DNA of 64,000 nt, from the sequence record MN850601.1; one strand, given 5' to 3'. Within the stretch, counting starts at the first letter, position 1. The number at the start of each line of letters is the position of its first letter. This document shows positions 8,879 through 18,070 of the stretch, piece after piece. The translations under genes and the position numbers were made by a program. The notes under the pieces were generated by a model, which saw only the letters and a program-made list of their open reading frames with translations, was not told the origin of the DNA and did no database searches. This DNA is from Escherichia phage inny.

Positions 8879-9440
8879 TCTCCTCTAAAATAGGCTTAAT
8901 AAATTCGAAAATTTGTTTTTTACTTTTACCTCGAATATTAAAACAAGGAACATTAAACTTTTTAGCCAACATCCAAGCTGTTCTTGTACCACCTAAAGGA
9001 TCTCCATTTTTATCTGTATTTGCACAAGCTAAAAGAAAACAAGATGGTTTTGGATTCTCAAGATCTCTTCCAAGAACTTGGTGGATATTTCTTTGATGTA
9101 ATTTTTTAGCACCTTGAGATAATCTGTCCCAAGCTGGATGCAATTCTTTTGCATATTGCAAGGTTAGAGCATAGTTTACACTATCTGGTCTGTCAAGAAC
9201 AATAACCTCTCCCTCTATTTCATTACCTTTAAACGAGAGCCAAGGGATGTATATTTCTTTCTTTGTATTGTTCCCACTATCATATACCCCGCATTCAAAT
9301 GCGGAATCTGCACCTTCTGCTTTACCAGATCGCAAAATGAACCATGTAGATAACCATTTTGCAACAGATACCATAGTATCCCATTCTTCGTCTGTAATAT
9401 CTCTGCTACCAACACCTGTGTAGAATAAATCGCTCATGGT
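8859..9440 (-). CDS. hypothetical protein with Rossmann-like GVGSR and GGTRT motifs (possible SLOG/DprA-like nucleotide-binding fold)
   Basis: ORF track 8859-9521 trimmed to ATG (MSDLF) after AAGGAGAA RBS; motif resemblance only. Confidence 0.4.
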   Translation of the reverse strand, partial: TMSDLFYTGVGSRDITDEEWDTMVSVAKWLSTWFILRSGKAEGADSAFECGVYDSGNNTKKEIYIPWLSFKGNEIEGEVIVLDRPDSVNYALTLQYAKELHPAWDRLSQGAKKLHQRNIHQVLGRDLENPKPSCFLLACANTDKNGDPLGGTRTAWMLAKKFNVPCFNIRGKSKKQIFEFIKPILEENGLVQK

Positions 9441-9447
9441 TTTCTCC

Positions 9448-9768
9448 TTAACAAGTAATATTGGGAGTAACAATTGGATTAACAATTGGAGTAATAGGGT
9501 ACGTAAACCAAGGGCTTCCAATTTCCCAAGGATAATAAGGTCTACGAGGATCGTATGGAGGAGTTACTTCAGGCTTTTTCCAAATCTCCGCTAATTGTTT
9601 CTTCCATTTATCCCTTGCTGTCTCATTATCTTCATCCAACTGTTCATCATTATCTTTTATTTCTGGTTTTGGAAATAAAAGCTCTTTGACTAATTCAACA
9701 TCTTCCGTCTCAATAGTAGTTTCTTTCGTAAGTTCTCCTACTGTTTCTTTAATTGTGATTTTATACAT
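9448..9768 (-). CDS. hypothetical proline-rich protein (106 aa)
   Basis: ORF track; C-terminal PxxP-rich segment. Confidence 0.4.
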   Translation of the reverse strand: MYKITIKETVGELTKETTIETEDVELVKELLFPKPEIKDNDEQLDEDNETARDKWKKQLAEIWKKPEVTPPYDPRRPYYPWEIGSPWFTYPITPIVNPIVTPNITC

Positions 9769-10514
9769 TAGTCCTCCTCTAAAGTAGAATAAAATTGTAA
9801 CGTATTTGAATCATCAAAATATGCAAAGGTTAAATTACCATTGAAGCAAGATCCTGTGTCCATATATACCCTATTACTGCTAATCACAGGTTTAGGAACA
9901 TAAGAATGCCCGTGAAATACATAATCTACTCCTGAAACCCTAGGAAGAAGAATCCCTTCAAGTGCGCAATCTATCATATCACGATCCCACATTAAAGATT
10001 CTGTGAATTGAGAAACTTGCTCTTTATTCATATTCAAACAAAATGGCAAAACTTCTGTCACTGGTAAATGTTCCAAAACTGAAGGATACCCACCGTGAAT
10101 AAAGCCTAGTTTCATATTACGATAATTGACAACAAGTACAACAGGTAAATCTTCTAGCATCAAAGCAAGAGCAGTTGCACCCTCTTCTCCACACTCGTCT
10201 AGAACTGTATGGCCTCCGTTCTGAAACCAACATTCGTAATATCGTCTATCACCTTCTAGCAACCCTTTAATCATCATATCTTCATGATTTCCACGAATAC
10301 CATAACGATTTAGCTTTCTGGTGAATTCAACAACACAACGAAAATTCTGCTTGCCGCGATCTGTAAGATCTCCTAAAGATACAACAACATCTTGATCTCG
10401 GATACCTAAAGTATTAACACCTTTCTGGTACAAATCAAAGCAACCATGTAAATCACCAATAATAAACAGGTCTTGATCATCTTTTACACTAATTTCTTGA
10501 TATACTAACATCAA
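9768..10514 (-). CDS. Ser/Thr protein phosphatase (calcineurin-like metallophosphoesterase, PPP family)
   Basis: GDLHGCFD, GDLTDRG, GNHEDMM signature motifs (GDxHG / GDxxDRG / GNHE). Confidence 0.75.
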   Translation of the reverse strand: MMLVYQEISVKDDQDLFIIGDLHGCFDLYQKGVNTLGIRDQDVVVSLGDLTDRGKQNFRCVVEFTRKLNRYGIRGNHEDMMIKGLLEGDRRYYECWFQNGGHTVLDECGEEGATALALMLEDLPVVLVVNYRNMKLGFIHGGYPSVLEHLPVTEVLPFCLNMNKEQVSQFTESLMWDRDMIDCALEGILLPRVSGVDYVFHGHSYVPKPVISSNRVYMDTGSCFNGNLTFAYFDDSNTLQFYSTLEED

Positions 10515-10837
10515 CTCTCCTCAAAATCCATAAGTATAAAGATATTAACTTTACCTTCTATATTATGTTCTACAACAAGATCTGCAAATTCTTTGTAGGC
10601 TTTTTCTTCTATTTGTTCAATGTGAGACGCTACATCTTTGTATATAGCGTCACCATCTACTTTAACAAGGAGGAATAGAGATCTTACTTCAATCTCTTTA
10701 TTTTTACGGGGTAGAAAATCGACGGCTTCTTGTATACGCCAGCCGAGATACCCTGGAGTCCTTTGAATATCCTCCAAATGACTTTCTAAGATTTCCCTTC
10801 CTTTGTCTATTAAAGCCTGTTCTGTCGTTATTTTCAT
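10511..10837 (-). CDS. hypothetical protein (108 aa)
   Basis: ORF track. Confidence 0.45.
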   Translation of the reverse strand: MKITTEQALIDKGREILESHLEDIQRTPGYLGWRIQEAVDFLPRKNKEIEVRSLFLLVKVDGDAIYKDVASHIEQIEEKAYKEFADLVVEHNIEGKVNIFILMDFEES

Positions 10838-10847
10838 CCCCTTCTCC

Positions 10848-11420
10848 TTAATGTGTTAATGAAACTGCGTAGCTAAACACAGGTTCAGATATTACATCGG
10901 CTACAGTAATAAAAACGTCTTCGTCTTGAGTTGTTTCTACACGACATACAGTTACACCATTCACCACGAATTCAACGCAATGTGGAATATCTTCACAAAC
11001 GAAGGTAGTGTAAGTAACACCCAAAGCATCATACAAAGATTTAACAGTGTTTGCAAGTGCCGCAGTTTCTTCTTTTTCTGAGACAATGAATGCTGTAACA
11101 ACAAGATTGTTTGCATAGTTTAGACTGTCCTCTATAGCCAATGATTTACAAGGTAGTAATGCAAAATATTTACCTGGTTTAATCAGACCTGCTTCCCATT
11201 GATTCAAAATTGCCTGGGATGGTTTAGTAATATAAAACAGATTTTCACTTGGGTTATCAATATTACTTCTGGCGATACAACGTGAAGGATTATTAATATC
11301 AAATACATGATCAAAATCTACACAAACAGGTAAACTGAAAGGTGTGAATTTTTTACCTAATAATCCTATGGCTGATAATATGTTTGCTGTGCTTATCTTC
11401 CCGTTAAAAGCTAAACGCAT
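10848..11420 (-). CDS. hypothetical protein (190 aa)
   Basis: ORF track. Confidence 0.45.
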   Translation of the reverse strand: MRLAFNGKISTANILSAIGLLGKKFTPFSLPVCVDFDHVFDINNPSRCIARSNIDNPSENLFYITKPSQAILNQWEAGLIKPGKYFALLPCKSLAIEDSLNYANNLVVTAFIVSEKEETAALANTVKSLYDALGVTYTTFVCEDIPHCVEFVVNGVTVCRVETTQDEDVFITVADVISEPVFSYAVSLTH

Positions 11421-11431
11421 ATTTAACTCCT

Positions 11432-11635
11432 TTAACTAGCAACCGTAACTTCCGAACTTTCTTCTTTCGTACTGTCTACGATATGCCTGGTGGCAATATA
11501 CGAGACTTGCCAGTTACCATCTGGTGTAGTCTCAATAAGTACCCTATCTACTTCGAGAAAATGCAAAAATTCAACCATCGCTCGCTTCGATAGGAATTGT
11601 TTTTTAACAGTCTCCTCAAAAGATTGAACTGCCAT
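11432..11635 (-). CDS. hypothetical protein (67 aa)
   Basis: ORF track. Confidence 0.4.
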   Translation of the reverse strand: MAVQSFEETVKKQFLSKRAMVEFLHFLEVDRVLIETTPDGNWQVSYIATRHIVDSTKEESSEVTVAS

Positions 11636-11644
11636 GTTTCCTCC

Positions 11645-12307
11645 TTATTTAATATTCAATTTTGCACAAAGACGTTGTACCGCTTTGGCATCGAACAAAC
11701 TCCCACGAATAGTTCTCTTTCCTGATTCATTCAGATGTTTTGCAATCGTCATATATGGCGTTTTACAAGCTCTGTATGCAACTAAAGAATCTTTTAAAGA
11801 AAGCGCAAACTCTTTTGAGCGTTTTGCTTCTTCCGTTTTCGTATAATCTGTTCTTTTGTATTTAGGGTTTGCTGCACCAAGAAGCGTTCCCTTCGCTTTT
11901 GCTACTTTAAGGCTCTTCTTAACACGATCAGATATTGCACGAGCCTCTTCTTCTGCCAGAACTGCTAAAATATTTATTATCATATTTTCAGCGGAGGGCA
12001 TAGTTGCTATTCGTACATTAATCATCTCTAACAAGGTTGCAACAGAAGCTGTGTTACGTCCAAGACGGTCAACCTTAGCAACAACAAGTGTAGCACCTGT
12101 TTCTTTGCAAAGATTAACAGCTTTTACAAGCTCTCTACGTTGCTTCCAATCGCCTTTACCCGAATAAAACTCTGCAAAGCTACCTACAATAGTATAATTT
12201 TCTTGTGAATCCAGGAAGCGTTGGATATCTGCTTCCTGTGATTCTATACCATACTGGTTGCCTTGTTGTTTCTTCTTAGAAAGTCGATGATACAGTACAA
12301 ACTTCAT
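11645..12307 (-). CDS. serine recombinase (resolvase/invertase family)
   Basis: N-terminal catalytic Ser in YHRLSKKKQ, ATLVVAKVDRLGRN resolvase motif, C-terminal HTH-like region. Confidence 0.7.
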   Translation of the reverse strand: MKFVLYHRLSKKKQQGNQYGIESQEADIQRFLDSQENYTIVGSFAEFYSGKGDWKQRRELVKAVNLCKETGATLVVAKVDRLGRNTASVATLLEMINVRIATMPSAENMIINILAVLAEEEARAISDRVKKSLKVAKAKGTLLGAANPKYKRTDYTKTEEAKRSKEFALSLKDSLVAYRACKTPYMTIAKHLNESGKRTIRGSLFDAKAVQRLCAKLNIK

Positions 12308-12364
12308 AATACCCTCCTGTTCTGTTACAGGAAGTATGCACTACCTTAACGTTAAAGTCAACAG

Positions 12365-12580
12365 TTAAGTAGTGGTAATATCATCTTCTTGAATATCAGG
12401 ATCAACTTCTGCAAAGATAGCTTCTACAGGAATTTCTTCACCTGCTATTCTAGAAAGAAGCACTGAACCAATAGCTTTTGCGTGTTCTTCGGATTCCGCA
12501 TAAACATTAGTCCCTGTGTCTTTTTTCTTAGTTTCGTTAAAATATACCAGATAGTAATTGTATGCCATTATTCTTCCCAA
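12365..12580 (-). CDS. hypothetical protein (71 aa)
   Basis: ORF track. Confidence 0.4.
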   Translation of the reverse strand: MGRIMAYNYYLVYFNETKKKDTGTNVYAESEEHAKAIGSVLLSRIAGEEIPVEAIFAEVDPDIQEDDITTT

Positions 12581-12819
12581 TCGTTGTTACGAGCATTTTC
12601 AAGAACCTTGACAACTTCTGCATACTCTACAGCTAAACCAGCACACACTTCAGCTTGTTTTGCAATTGCTTGTTTAAAGAACATAGCGATTGCAACACTC
12701 TGTGTTGTGTGAATGTTATCTGCTTTAGTTGATACGTGAAGATCAAAATCTTCTTCATCAAAGGTGAGTTCCATAGTAACAATAAATTTCTCGGTCATAA
12801 AAATGCTCCTCTTAAACAA
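12568..12819 (-). CDS. hypothetical protein (83 aa)
   Basis: ORF track. Confidence 0.4.
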   Translation of the reverse strand: MFKRSIFMTEKFIVTMELTFDEEDFDLHVSTKADNIHTTQSVAIAMFFKQAIAKQAEVCAGLAVEYAEVVKVLENARNNDWEE

Positions 12820-13321
12820 AATAGAAAGGTTGAGTTAAACCCAGCCTGTTTTTTGGGTCGTAGACGTACCAAGCATATGCTGTCTTATCAGTACCACCTG
12901 CAACAAAAGATGGTCGTTCAGAAAGAACAATCAAATTTGTTGGTGGATTCTGTTTATGGAATTCCCTTCGTTTAATAGACTCTAGGAAACCAAGACGCAA
13001 CAAGTATATGCAAACGTCTGCTTCTTTTAAGCTCTTTTGCAAGAACTCAAGTGCAAGTTTGAATGGGGGATTTGTGATTATAATATCCGGCTTAGTATGC
13101 CATTCATGGTTAAAATAATCTTTCCCTTCTTCTAACTCACAATATTCTGATCCTTCTGGAAAATGTTGATAAATTGCAGCAGCAGCGCCTTTACACGGTT
13201 CTGCAAAAATAAAACCTTCTTCTTTAAGGTTATTAAAATCTATTACACTAAATAATGCATTTATACATTTTTGTGGAGTAGGATAGTAATCAGTTGGTGG
13301 ACGATCATACTTATTTGCCAC
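12812..13321 (-). CDS. DNA N6-adenine methyltransferase (Dam-like, NPPF motif)
   Basis: DYYPTPQ near N-terminus and catalytic NPPF (motif IV [DN]PP[YF]). Confidence 0.6.
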   Translation of the reverse strand: MANKYDRPPTDYYPTPQKCINALFSVIDFNNLKEEGFIFAEPCKGAAAAIYQHFPEGSEYCELEEGKDYFNHEWHTKPDIIITNPPFKLALEFLQKSLKEADVCIYLLRLGFLESIKRREFHKQNPPTNLIVLSERPSFVAGGTDKTAYAWYVYDPKNRLGLTQPFYFV

Positions 13322-13739
13322 TACTTAAAATCTCCTCTTTTGTGATTTCAGGGTCTTCTTCAAAAACCATAATATCTCTTAAGAACGTTAATTCTTCCAT
13401 AGATACTGGTATTGTATCTTCTTCTGTTTTTCGTTTACATAAATCGTCAAGAAAGTTTTTAAAGTTTTCTGACAAATCGTAAAATTTCAACAGTTGATAA
13501 TCACAGGAGGAGATCCTATCTAGTTCTAACATTCTTTCTAAGATATTTTCTGTGTTGCCATACAGCACACGAACTTCTCCGAAAGGGTTGACTGAATATT
13601 GTGAAGTTCTGAACCATCCCTTTTTAGATACAGTGTAACGCTGTTCTGCTAAACTTTCAATAAAATTTTTAGCTCTTTTACAGTTTTGTTCTAAAGAGTA
13701 GTAGGCTTTTTCTACAAAGGTTACAGGTACTGGTAACAT
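13311..13739 (-). CDS. hypothetical protein (142 aa)
   Basis: ORF track. Confidence 0.45.
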   Translation of the reverse strand: MLPVPVTFVEKAYYSLEQNCKRAKNFIESLAEQRYTVSKKGWFRTSQYSVNPFGEVRVLYGNTENILERMLELDRISSCDYQLLKFYDLSENFKNFLDDLCKRKTEEDTIPVSMEELTFLRDIMVFEEDPEITKEEILSSGK

Positions 13740-13747
13740 ATCTCCTC

Positions 13748-13772
13748 CTAATAAACCCCCTTGAGGGGGTTT
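13748..13772 (-). terminator. rho-independent terminator
   Basis: hairpin AAACCCCC-TTGA-GGGGGTTT followed on - strand by TTTATTAG. Confidence 0.55.
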
Positions 13773-13780
13773 GTGTTAGA

Positions 13781-14434
13781 TTAATTATCAGAGGATACTT
13801 TATCAAGTTTTTCAGAGACTGTCAATACTTTTTCTTGTGATTCTTTCATTTCTGCTAAAATACTTTCAGCTTCATCACTATCAGGATCACCAGTCAACAG
13901 CATACTAATTAGTTGCTCCTTGCTGAAGTTCAGAATATCTTCCGCTGTTAGTTCCAGTTGTTCTTCGATCTCTTCAATAAAAGTTTCACCACCGGAAAAA
14001 GCATCTCGTAGTTTTGCAACTTCCATCGCTTCTTCTGGAGTTGCCCCTGCATCTAAAGCTGCTAAAGCAAAATCTGCCCCACTACCAACAGCATAATAAT
14101 CTTCAGTTAAAGGATATGCTCGCGTTGGATTATTACCCTCGTGCATATAAATTTTACCGTCTGGGTGAACAACCAATGCCACAAACTCTTCATCTTCTTT
14201 ATCAGGATCTGACTGGATCACCAAACCTGGGATTGTCTCTTGTGCTGCTTGGCATTGTAAGTTTTGTTCGAACCAAGAAAAGAAAGTCAGGATAGAAGAC
14301 AGACGTCCTGCACCACCAACAAGGTAATCCCCAATTTTACGCACTTTCTTGAAATTTAAAGTGTCTACACGACTACCTACTGTTACTTTACCATCAGATA
14401 GAATTTTGTTATGTGTTGCAATAATTGTTGTCAT
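13781..14434 (-). CDS. HslV-like (proteasome beta/ClpQ family) Ntn-hydrolase peptidase with acidic C-terminal extension
   Basis: MTTIIATHNK (Thr right after Met, as HslV TTIV), KKVRKIGD, GGAG, AVGSGADFALAA (HslV AIGSGG); about 60 aa acidic tail. Confidence 0.65.
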   Translation of the reverse strand: MTTIIATHNKILSDGKVTVGSRVDTLNFKKVRKIGDYLVGGAGRLSSILTFFSWFEQNLQCQAAQETIPGLVIQSDPDKEDEEFVALVVHPDGKIYMHEGNNPTRAYPLTEDYYAVGSGADFALAALDAGATPEEAMEVAKLRDAFSGGETFIEEIEEQLELTAEDILNFSKEQLISMLLTGDPDSDEAESILAEMKESQEKVLTVSEKLDKVSSDN

Positions 14435-14925
14435 TGTACTTCCTCCTGTAGTGTTTTAAGGACTGCTTTACCACCGCTTACATATTTACGGAGGTAATCA
14501 ATAGCTCTTAGTGTTTCTTTATCCACAAGAATTTTATTAGTTCTTGTCAATGGATGATTGAGTAAGTCACTGCAATTTCTTACTAACATAGATTTCTTGT
14601 GAAAGATACTGCTAAGAAAAAGAAGTTTAGAATCTTCTTCATCAATCAGGAGTAATTCTGAATTAGACCCAGCTACATTTATTATACACTCAAACAAGCC
14701 TTCTTGACTATCAGATAATTCCTGGTAATATTTAGTTAGCCAATCCTCTCCTTTTAACCAACTAAAAAACATCTGAACTTTTTGCAAAGTTGTCATGTTC
14801 TCTAAACGAAGAGATATTTCTTTTTCAATCTTGTCAATATAAATCTGTCTAAACTCATTCGGCTTAACTAAGCCAGCTTGATAGCATTCATCAATACCAT
14901 TGCGATCAATCTCAATTAGCGTCAT
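14431..14925 (-). CDS. hypothetical protein (164 aa), translationally coupled to HslV-like gene
   Basis: ORF track; 4-nt overlap with downstream HslV-like gene. Confidence 0.45.
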   Translation of the reverse strand: MTLIEIDRNGIDECYQAGLVKPNEFRQIYIDKIEKEISLRLENMTTLQKVQMFFSWLKGEDWLTKYYQELSDSQEGLFECIINVAGSNSELLLIDEEDSKLLFLSSIFHKKSMLVRNCSDLLNHPLTRTNKILVDKETLRAIDYLRKYVSGGKAVLKTLQEEVQ

Positions 14926-14961
14926 TTAACCTCCATAATAGGCATCCTTGCCTTGTAATTA

Positions 14962-15714
14962 TTAATATACTTCCGTGATGAACTGAGACAAACGGGAACG
15001 TTGGTTATCAGCAGTTGTCATTTCAACATAACCAATAAAATCTACAATAGCTTCCCTTTCTCCTTCTTCGTTAATAGGAACAACACGATCTAACAAATCA
15101 CCTAACCCGTTAGCTCTTCGTTTAATTGCATATGTTTGATTAACATCGCCCATAATGACAATACGTGTATTAAGACCTGCTCGCTCAAGGAGAAGTTTTA
15201 CTGTATTTGGTGACATAAGTTGAACTTCATCAATAAGAATAATGCTGTTATCCCACGTAGCACCTAGTGCATAGTTTGGAATATTAAGTTCAATTTTGCC
15301 ACTTGCAATATCGTTTTCCAATTTATTTGCAGTCATAAACTGTTGGAAAATTCTCTTAGTTGATTCGTAGTGTGCTGCTAGTTTATCAGTCTTATCTCCA
15401 GATAAGAAACCAATTTGATCATCACCTACTTCTGTCGGGTTTTTAAGGAAAATCAACTTTCTGAAATCACCAGCTTTAAGCATTTGCAATGCTTTCCACA
15501 GTGCTGTTGTCGTTTTTCCTGTTCCTGCTGGGGCATTAACAATGGTTAAATCATTCCAAACCATGCTTCTTACAATAGCTTCTTGATTCCCAACAGGGGT
15601 AAATTCATCAAGACGGTAATCATCATTTCCTACTGCTTTAGCCGCATAACGACTGGCACGTTTGTCATCATTGGCTGCTGATTGACGACGAGCCTTTGCG
15701 GTTTTATTTCCCAT
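14962..15714 (-). CDS. phoH: PhoH-like ATPase
   Basis: Walker A NAPAGTGKTT; overall PhoH-family pattern. Confidence 0.85.
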   Translation of the reverse strand: MGNKTAKARRQSAANDDKRASRYAAKAVGNDDYRLDEFTPVGNQEAIVRSMVWNDLTIVNAPAGTGKTTTALWKALQMLKAGDFRKLIFLKNPTEVGDDQIGFLSGDKTDKLAAHYESTKRIFQQFMTANKLENDIASGKIELNIPNYALGATWDNSIILIDEVQLMSPNTVKLLLERAGLNTRIVIMGDVNQTYAIKRRANGLGDLLDRVVPINEEGEREAIVDFIGYVEMTTADNQRSRLSQFITEVY

Positions 15715-15725
15715 GTTTGCACTCC

Positions 15726-15748
15726 TTATAAAAGGGGCTTTCGCCCCT
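15726..15748 (-). terminator. rho-independent terminator (AGGGGCTTTCGCCCCT, copy 2 of 3)
   Basis: GC hairpin followed on - strand by TTTTATA. Confidence 0.6.
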
Positions 15749-15752
15749 TTGT

Positions 15753-16253
15753 TTAGTTATAAGCGTCTAATGTTCCAGTTTTAAGTACCTGAATTACACG
15801 CTCTGCGCGATTAGGCGTTTGGCGATACCATTTACTTTTACGTAAATTTATAGAGGCTTGAGTATAATATGAATTACTCACTAAAGTCAAGCTATTTTTG
15901 AAAGATTCTGCACCTTTCAATCCCATTTGAAATACCATATTGATAATAGCCATTTTACGATTAGGACTTACTTTATCGTAAATAGGAGATAATATGGTAC
16001 TTGAATGGATTTGTTGTATCGCTTTCTTTACGTCACTTTCAAAGATTCTTCTAGCTTCCGCTTCAGTAATAACTCCATTGGTTTTTCTACCTACTAAGTT
16101 ATCAAGAATGCGTATAGCTTCTGCTTTATCTTTGCGTTTTGTCAGAAGGTGTCCAATACCAACTGTCCAATACCCTTCGGTATCAGGATATACAGTTAGC
16201 TTTAGTCCTTCATCAAAACGTAACATATCAAACACATCAACTACTTTAGCCAT
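15753..16253 (-). CDS. e: T4-type lysozyme (endolysin, GH24)
   Basis: FDMLRFDEGLKLTVYPDTEGYWTVGIGHL closely matches T4 lysozyme N-terminus including catalytic Glu/Asp; C-terminal SRWYNQTPNRA-like. Confidence 0.92.
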   Translation of the reverse strand: MAKVVDVFDMLRFDEGLKLTVYPDTEGYWTVGIGHLLTKRKDKAEAIRILDNLVGRKTNGVITEAEARRIFESDVKKAIQQIHSSTILSPIYDKVSPNRKMAIINMVFQMGLKGAESFKNSLTLVSNSYYTQASINLRKSKWYRQTPNRAERVIQVLKTGTLDAYN

Positions 16254-16413
16254 GTTTTCCTTATATCAGTCGCCCTCCCCATGATCTAGCTCTTGAAACA
16301 GTAGGTGTTCAGGAGACATTTCACGTTTAGGCTTCGTCTTTTTAGTTTGGGACTTAAGCTCTGTTGCCAAAGCACGAGAAAAGATCTTACGTTTCTGTTT
16401 ACCTTTCATATTG

Positions 16414-16680
16414 TTACTCCGCAATCTGAGCCATGAATTCACGTAGTTCAGAAAAACCTCCTACGTGGGTTAGCTGTTCACCATCTTCCACAAAAATCTG
16501 AGGAAATGTGCGTGGTAGAACACCTGTTTTCTCTAAAACCAGATTCTGAATCTGATCTAAAGAATAGTCTTCATCTAAGGTAAGATATTTAAAATCCTGT
16601 TCACGCTGTTCTAGTAGAATCTTAGCGTTAGTGCAGAAAGGACAATTTGGTTTACCGTAGATAATAAAATTCATTTTCAC
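16414..16680 (-). CDS. nrdC: glutaredoxin (NrdC-like, CPFC active site)
   Basis: FIIYGKPNCPFCTNAKILL and GGFSELREF resemble T4 NrdC glutaredoxin. Confidence 0.8.
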   Translation of the reverse strand: MKMNFIIYGKPNCPFCTNAKILLEQREQDFKYLTLDEDYSLDQIQNLVLEKTGVLPRTFPQIFVEDGEQLTHVGGFSELREFMAQIAE

Positions 16681-17507
16681 TCCTTGTTTAAAAGTATAGT
16701 TAAAGTTCTTACAATACCGCTATCAACACTTCGCGGATTTAAAGTAGGATCTGTTTTTAAATAAGATGTTGCTGGTCTGACTGCTTTGGAATTATAGGTT
16801 GAAGCAGATACAGGATTAACTGTAACAGATAAATCTATAACAAGAAATATCTTTCGTGCAAAATCATACCAAGAAATATAATCTGCACCTGCATAGTGTA
16901 CAACTTTACTATTTACACCATCTTTTACAAGTTTAAAAATTGTTTCTGCAAGATCAGGTGCATAAGTAGGACATGACAAATGATCACATACTACATTAAA
17001 TTCTTTTTGACCACCGTTGTAGCGTTCCAACATAGTTTTCAAAAAGTTATGTCCAAATTCACTATAAACAGAAGCTGTTCTGATAATAAGTGCTGTAGGA
17101 CAAACTGTTTGTACTAAAGTTTCACCTAATTGTTTACTGTAACCGTAGGTGTTCAAGGGGTTTGTTTTACTATCTTCTGTGCCAGCAACATGCCCATCAA
17201 AAACATAGTCTGTTGAAATATGTACAAACTGTATCAGTAAATCATTACATGCTTTGGCAATGTTTGTTGCACCGTATGCATTAACATTTATACAGGTGTT
17301 AACATCTTCTTCAGCTTTATCTACTGCCGTGTAAGCCGCACAATTCACAACAACATCAGGCACATGCTGTACAAGACTATTCATAACATCTTTAAAGTTG
17401 GTAATGTCTACATCACTTGCTTCAATCAAAATAACATCTTCGGGCGCAACTTTTGCCAAAGACTGTCCTAATTGACCTTTTGAACCAAAGATTAAAAATT
17501 TTGTCAA
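16677..17507 (-). CDS. rmlD: dTDP-4-dehydrorhamnose reductase
   Basis: N-terminal LIFGSKGQLGQSL Rossmann motif, VDKAE, STDYVFDG as in RmlD/RfbD. Confidence 0.8.
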   Translation of the reverse strand: MTKFLIFGSKGQLGQSLAKVAPEDVILIEASDVDITNFKDVMNSLVQHVPDVVVNCAAYTAVDKAEEDVNTCINVNAYGATNIAKACNDLLIQFVHISTDYVFDGHVAGTEDSKTNPLNTYGYSKQLGETLVQTVCPTALIIRTASVYSEFGHNFLKTMLERYNGGQKEFNVVCDHLSCPTYAPDLAETIFKLVKDGVNSKVVHYAGADYISWYDFARKIFLVIDLSVTVNPVSASTYNSKAVRPATSYLKTDPTLNPRSVDSGIVRTLTILLNKE

Positions 17508-18058
17508 AATATGATCTCCTTTAGTGTTTTGGCTTGCTGATCTTTTTGTGACAAGATAGGTTTAAAATTAATATCATTAAAGATTAAATCAAAACCCCAA
17601 TCAATATTGATATCTGGATCATTCCACGCAAGACTACACTCTGAAGTCGGATCGTAATATTCTGTACATTTATATTCAAAATCAGCAATGTCACTAATCA
17701 CAACAAAGCCATGAGCGAAACCAGGAGGAATCCAAAATTGTGTTTTATTCTTTTCAGATAAGAGAACACCTACCCATTCTCCAAATGTTGGACTACCAAC
17801 CCTAATATCTACAGCAACATCATAAACTTCACCACGAACACAACGTACTAACTTCCCTTGTGGGTTTTTCTTTTGAAAATGAAGCCCACGTAGAACTCCT
17901 CGAATAGAACGTGAATGGTTATCTTGGACAAAGTTTTGTTTACCTATGTATTGATCATATAAAGCCTGATTAAAACTTTCTAAGAAAAAACCACGTTCAT
18001 CTCCGTAAACGTCAGGTTGAATGATCAACAAATCTTCGATTTTTGTTGCTTGAATCAT
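17504..18058 (-). CDS. rmlC: dTDP-4-dehydrorhamnose 3,5-epimerase
   Basis: GDERGFFLESF signature of RmlC cupin epimerases. Confidence 0.85.
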   Translation of the reverse strand: MIQATKIEDLLIIQPDVYGDERGFFLESFNQALYDQYIGKQNFVQDNHSRSIRGVLRGLHFQKKNPQGKLVRCVRGEVYDVAVDIRVGSPTFGEWVGVLLSEKNKTQFWIPPGFAHGFVVISDIADFEYKCTEYYDPTSECSLAWNDPDINIDWGFDLIFNDINFKPILSQKDQQAKTLKEIIF

Positions 18059-18070
18059 TTAATTCCCCCT

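Noticed and set aside
11645-12307. Prophage integration module (integrase + attP) implying a temperate lifestyle
   Set aside because: The recombinase is a small resolvase/invertase type with no adjacent repressor, excisionase or recognisable attachment site, and the genome content is typical of virulent phages.
13781-14434. Calling the peptidase a complete HslVU protease system
   Set aside because: No HslU-like AAA+ ATPase (Walker A/B, sensor motifs) is encoded in the neighbourhood; only the HslV-like subunit is supported.
16265-16409. Apparent small basic ORF between lysozyme and glutaredoxin genes
   Set aside because: On re-reading, the sequence has five A residues at the critical point, so the frame stops after 18 codons; the longer reading arises only if one A is dropped. 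No evidence for a frameshift.
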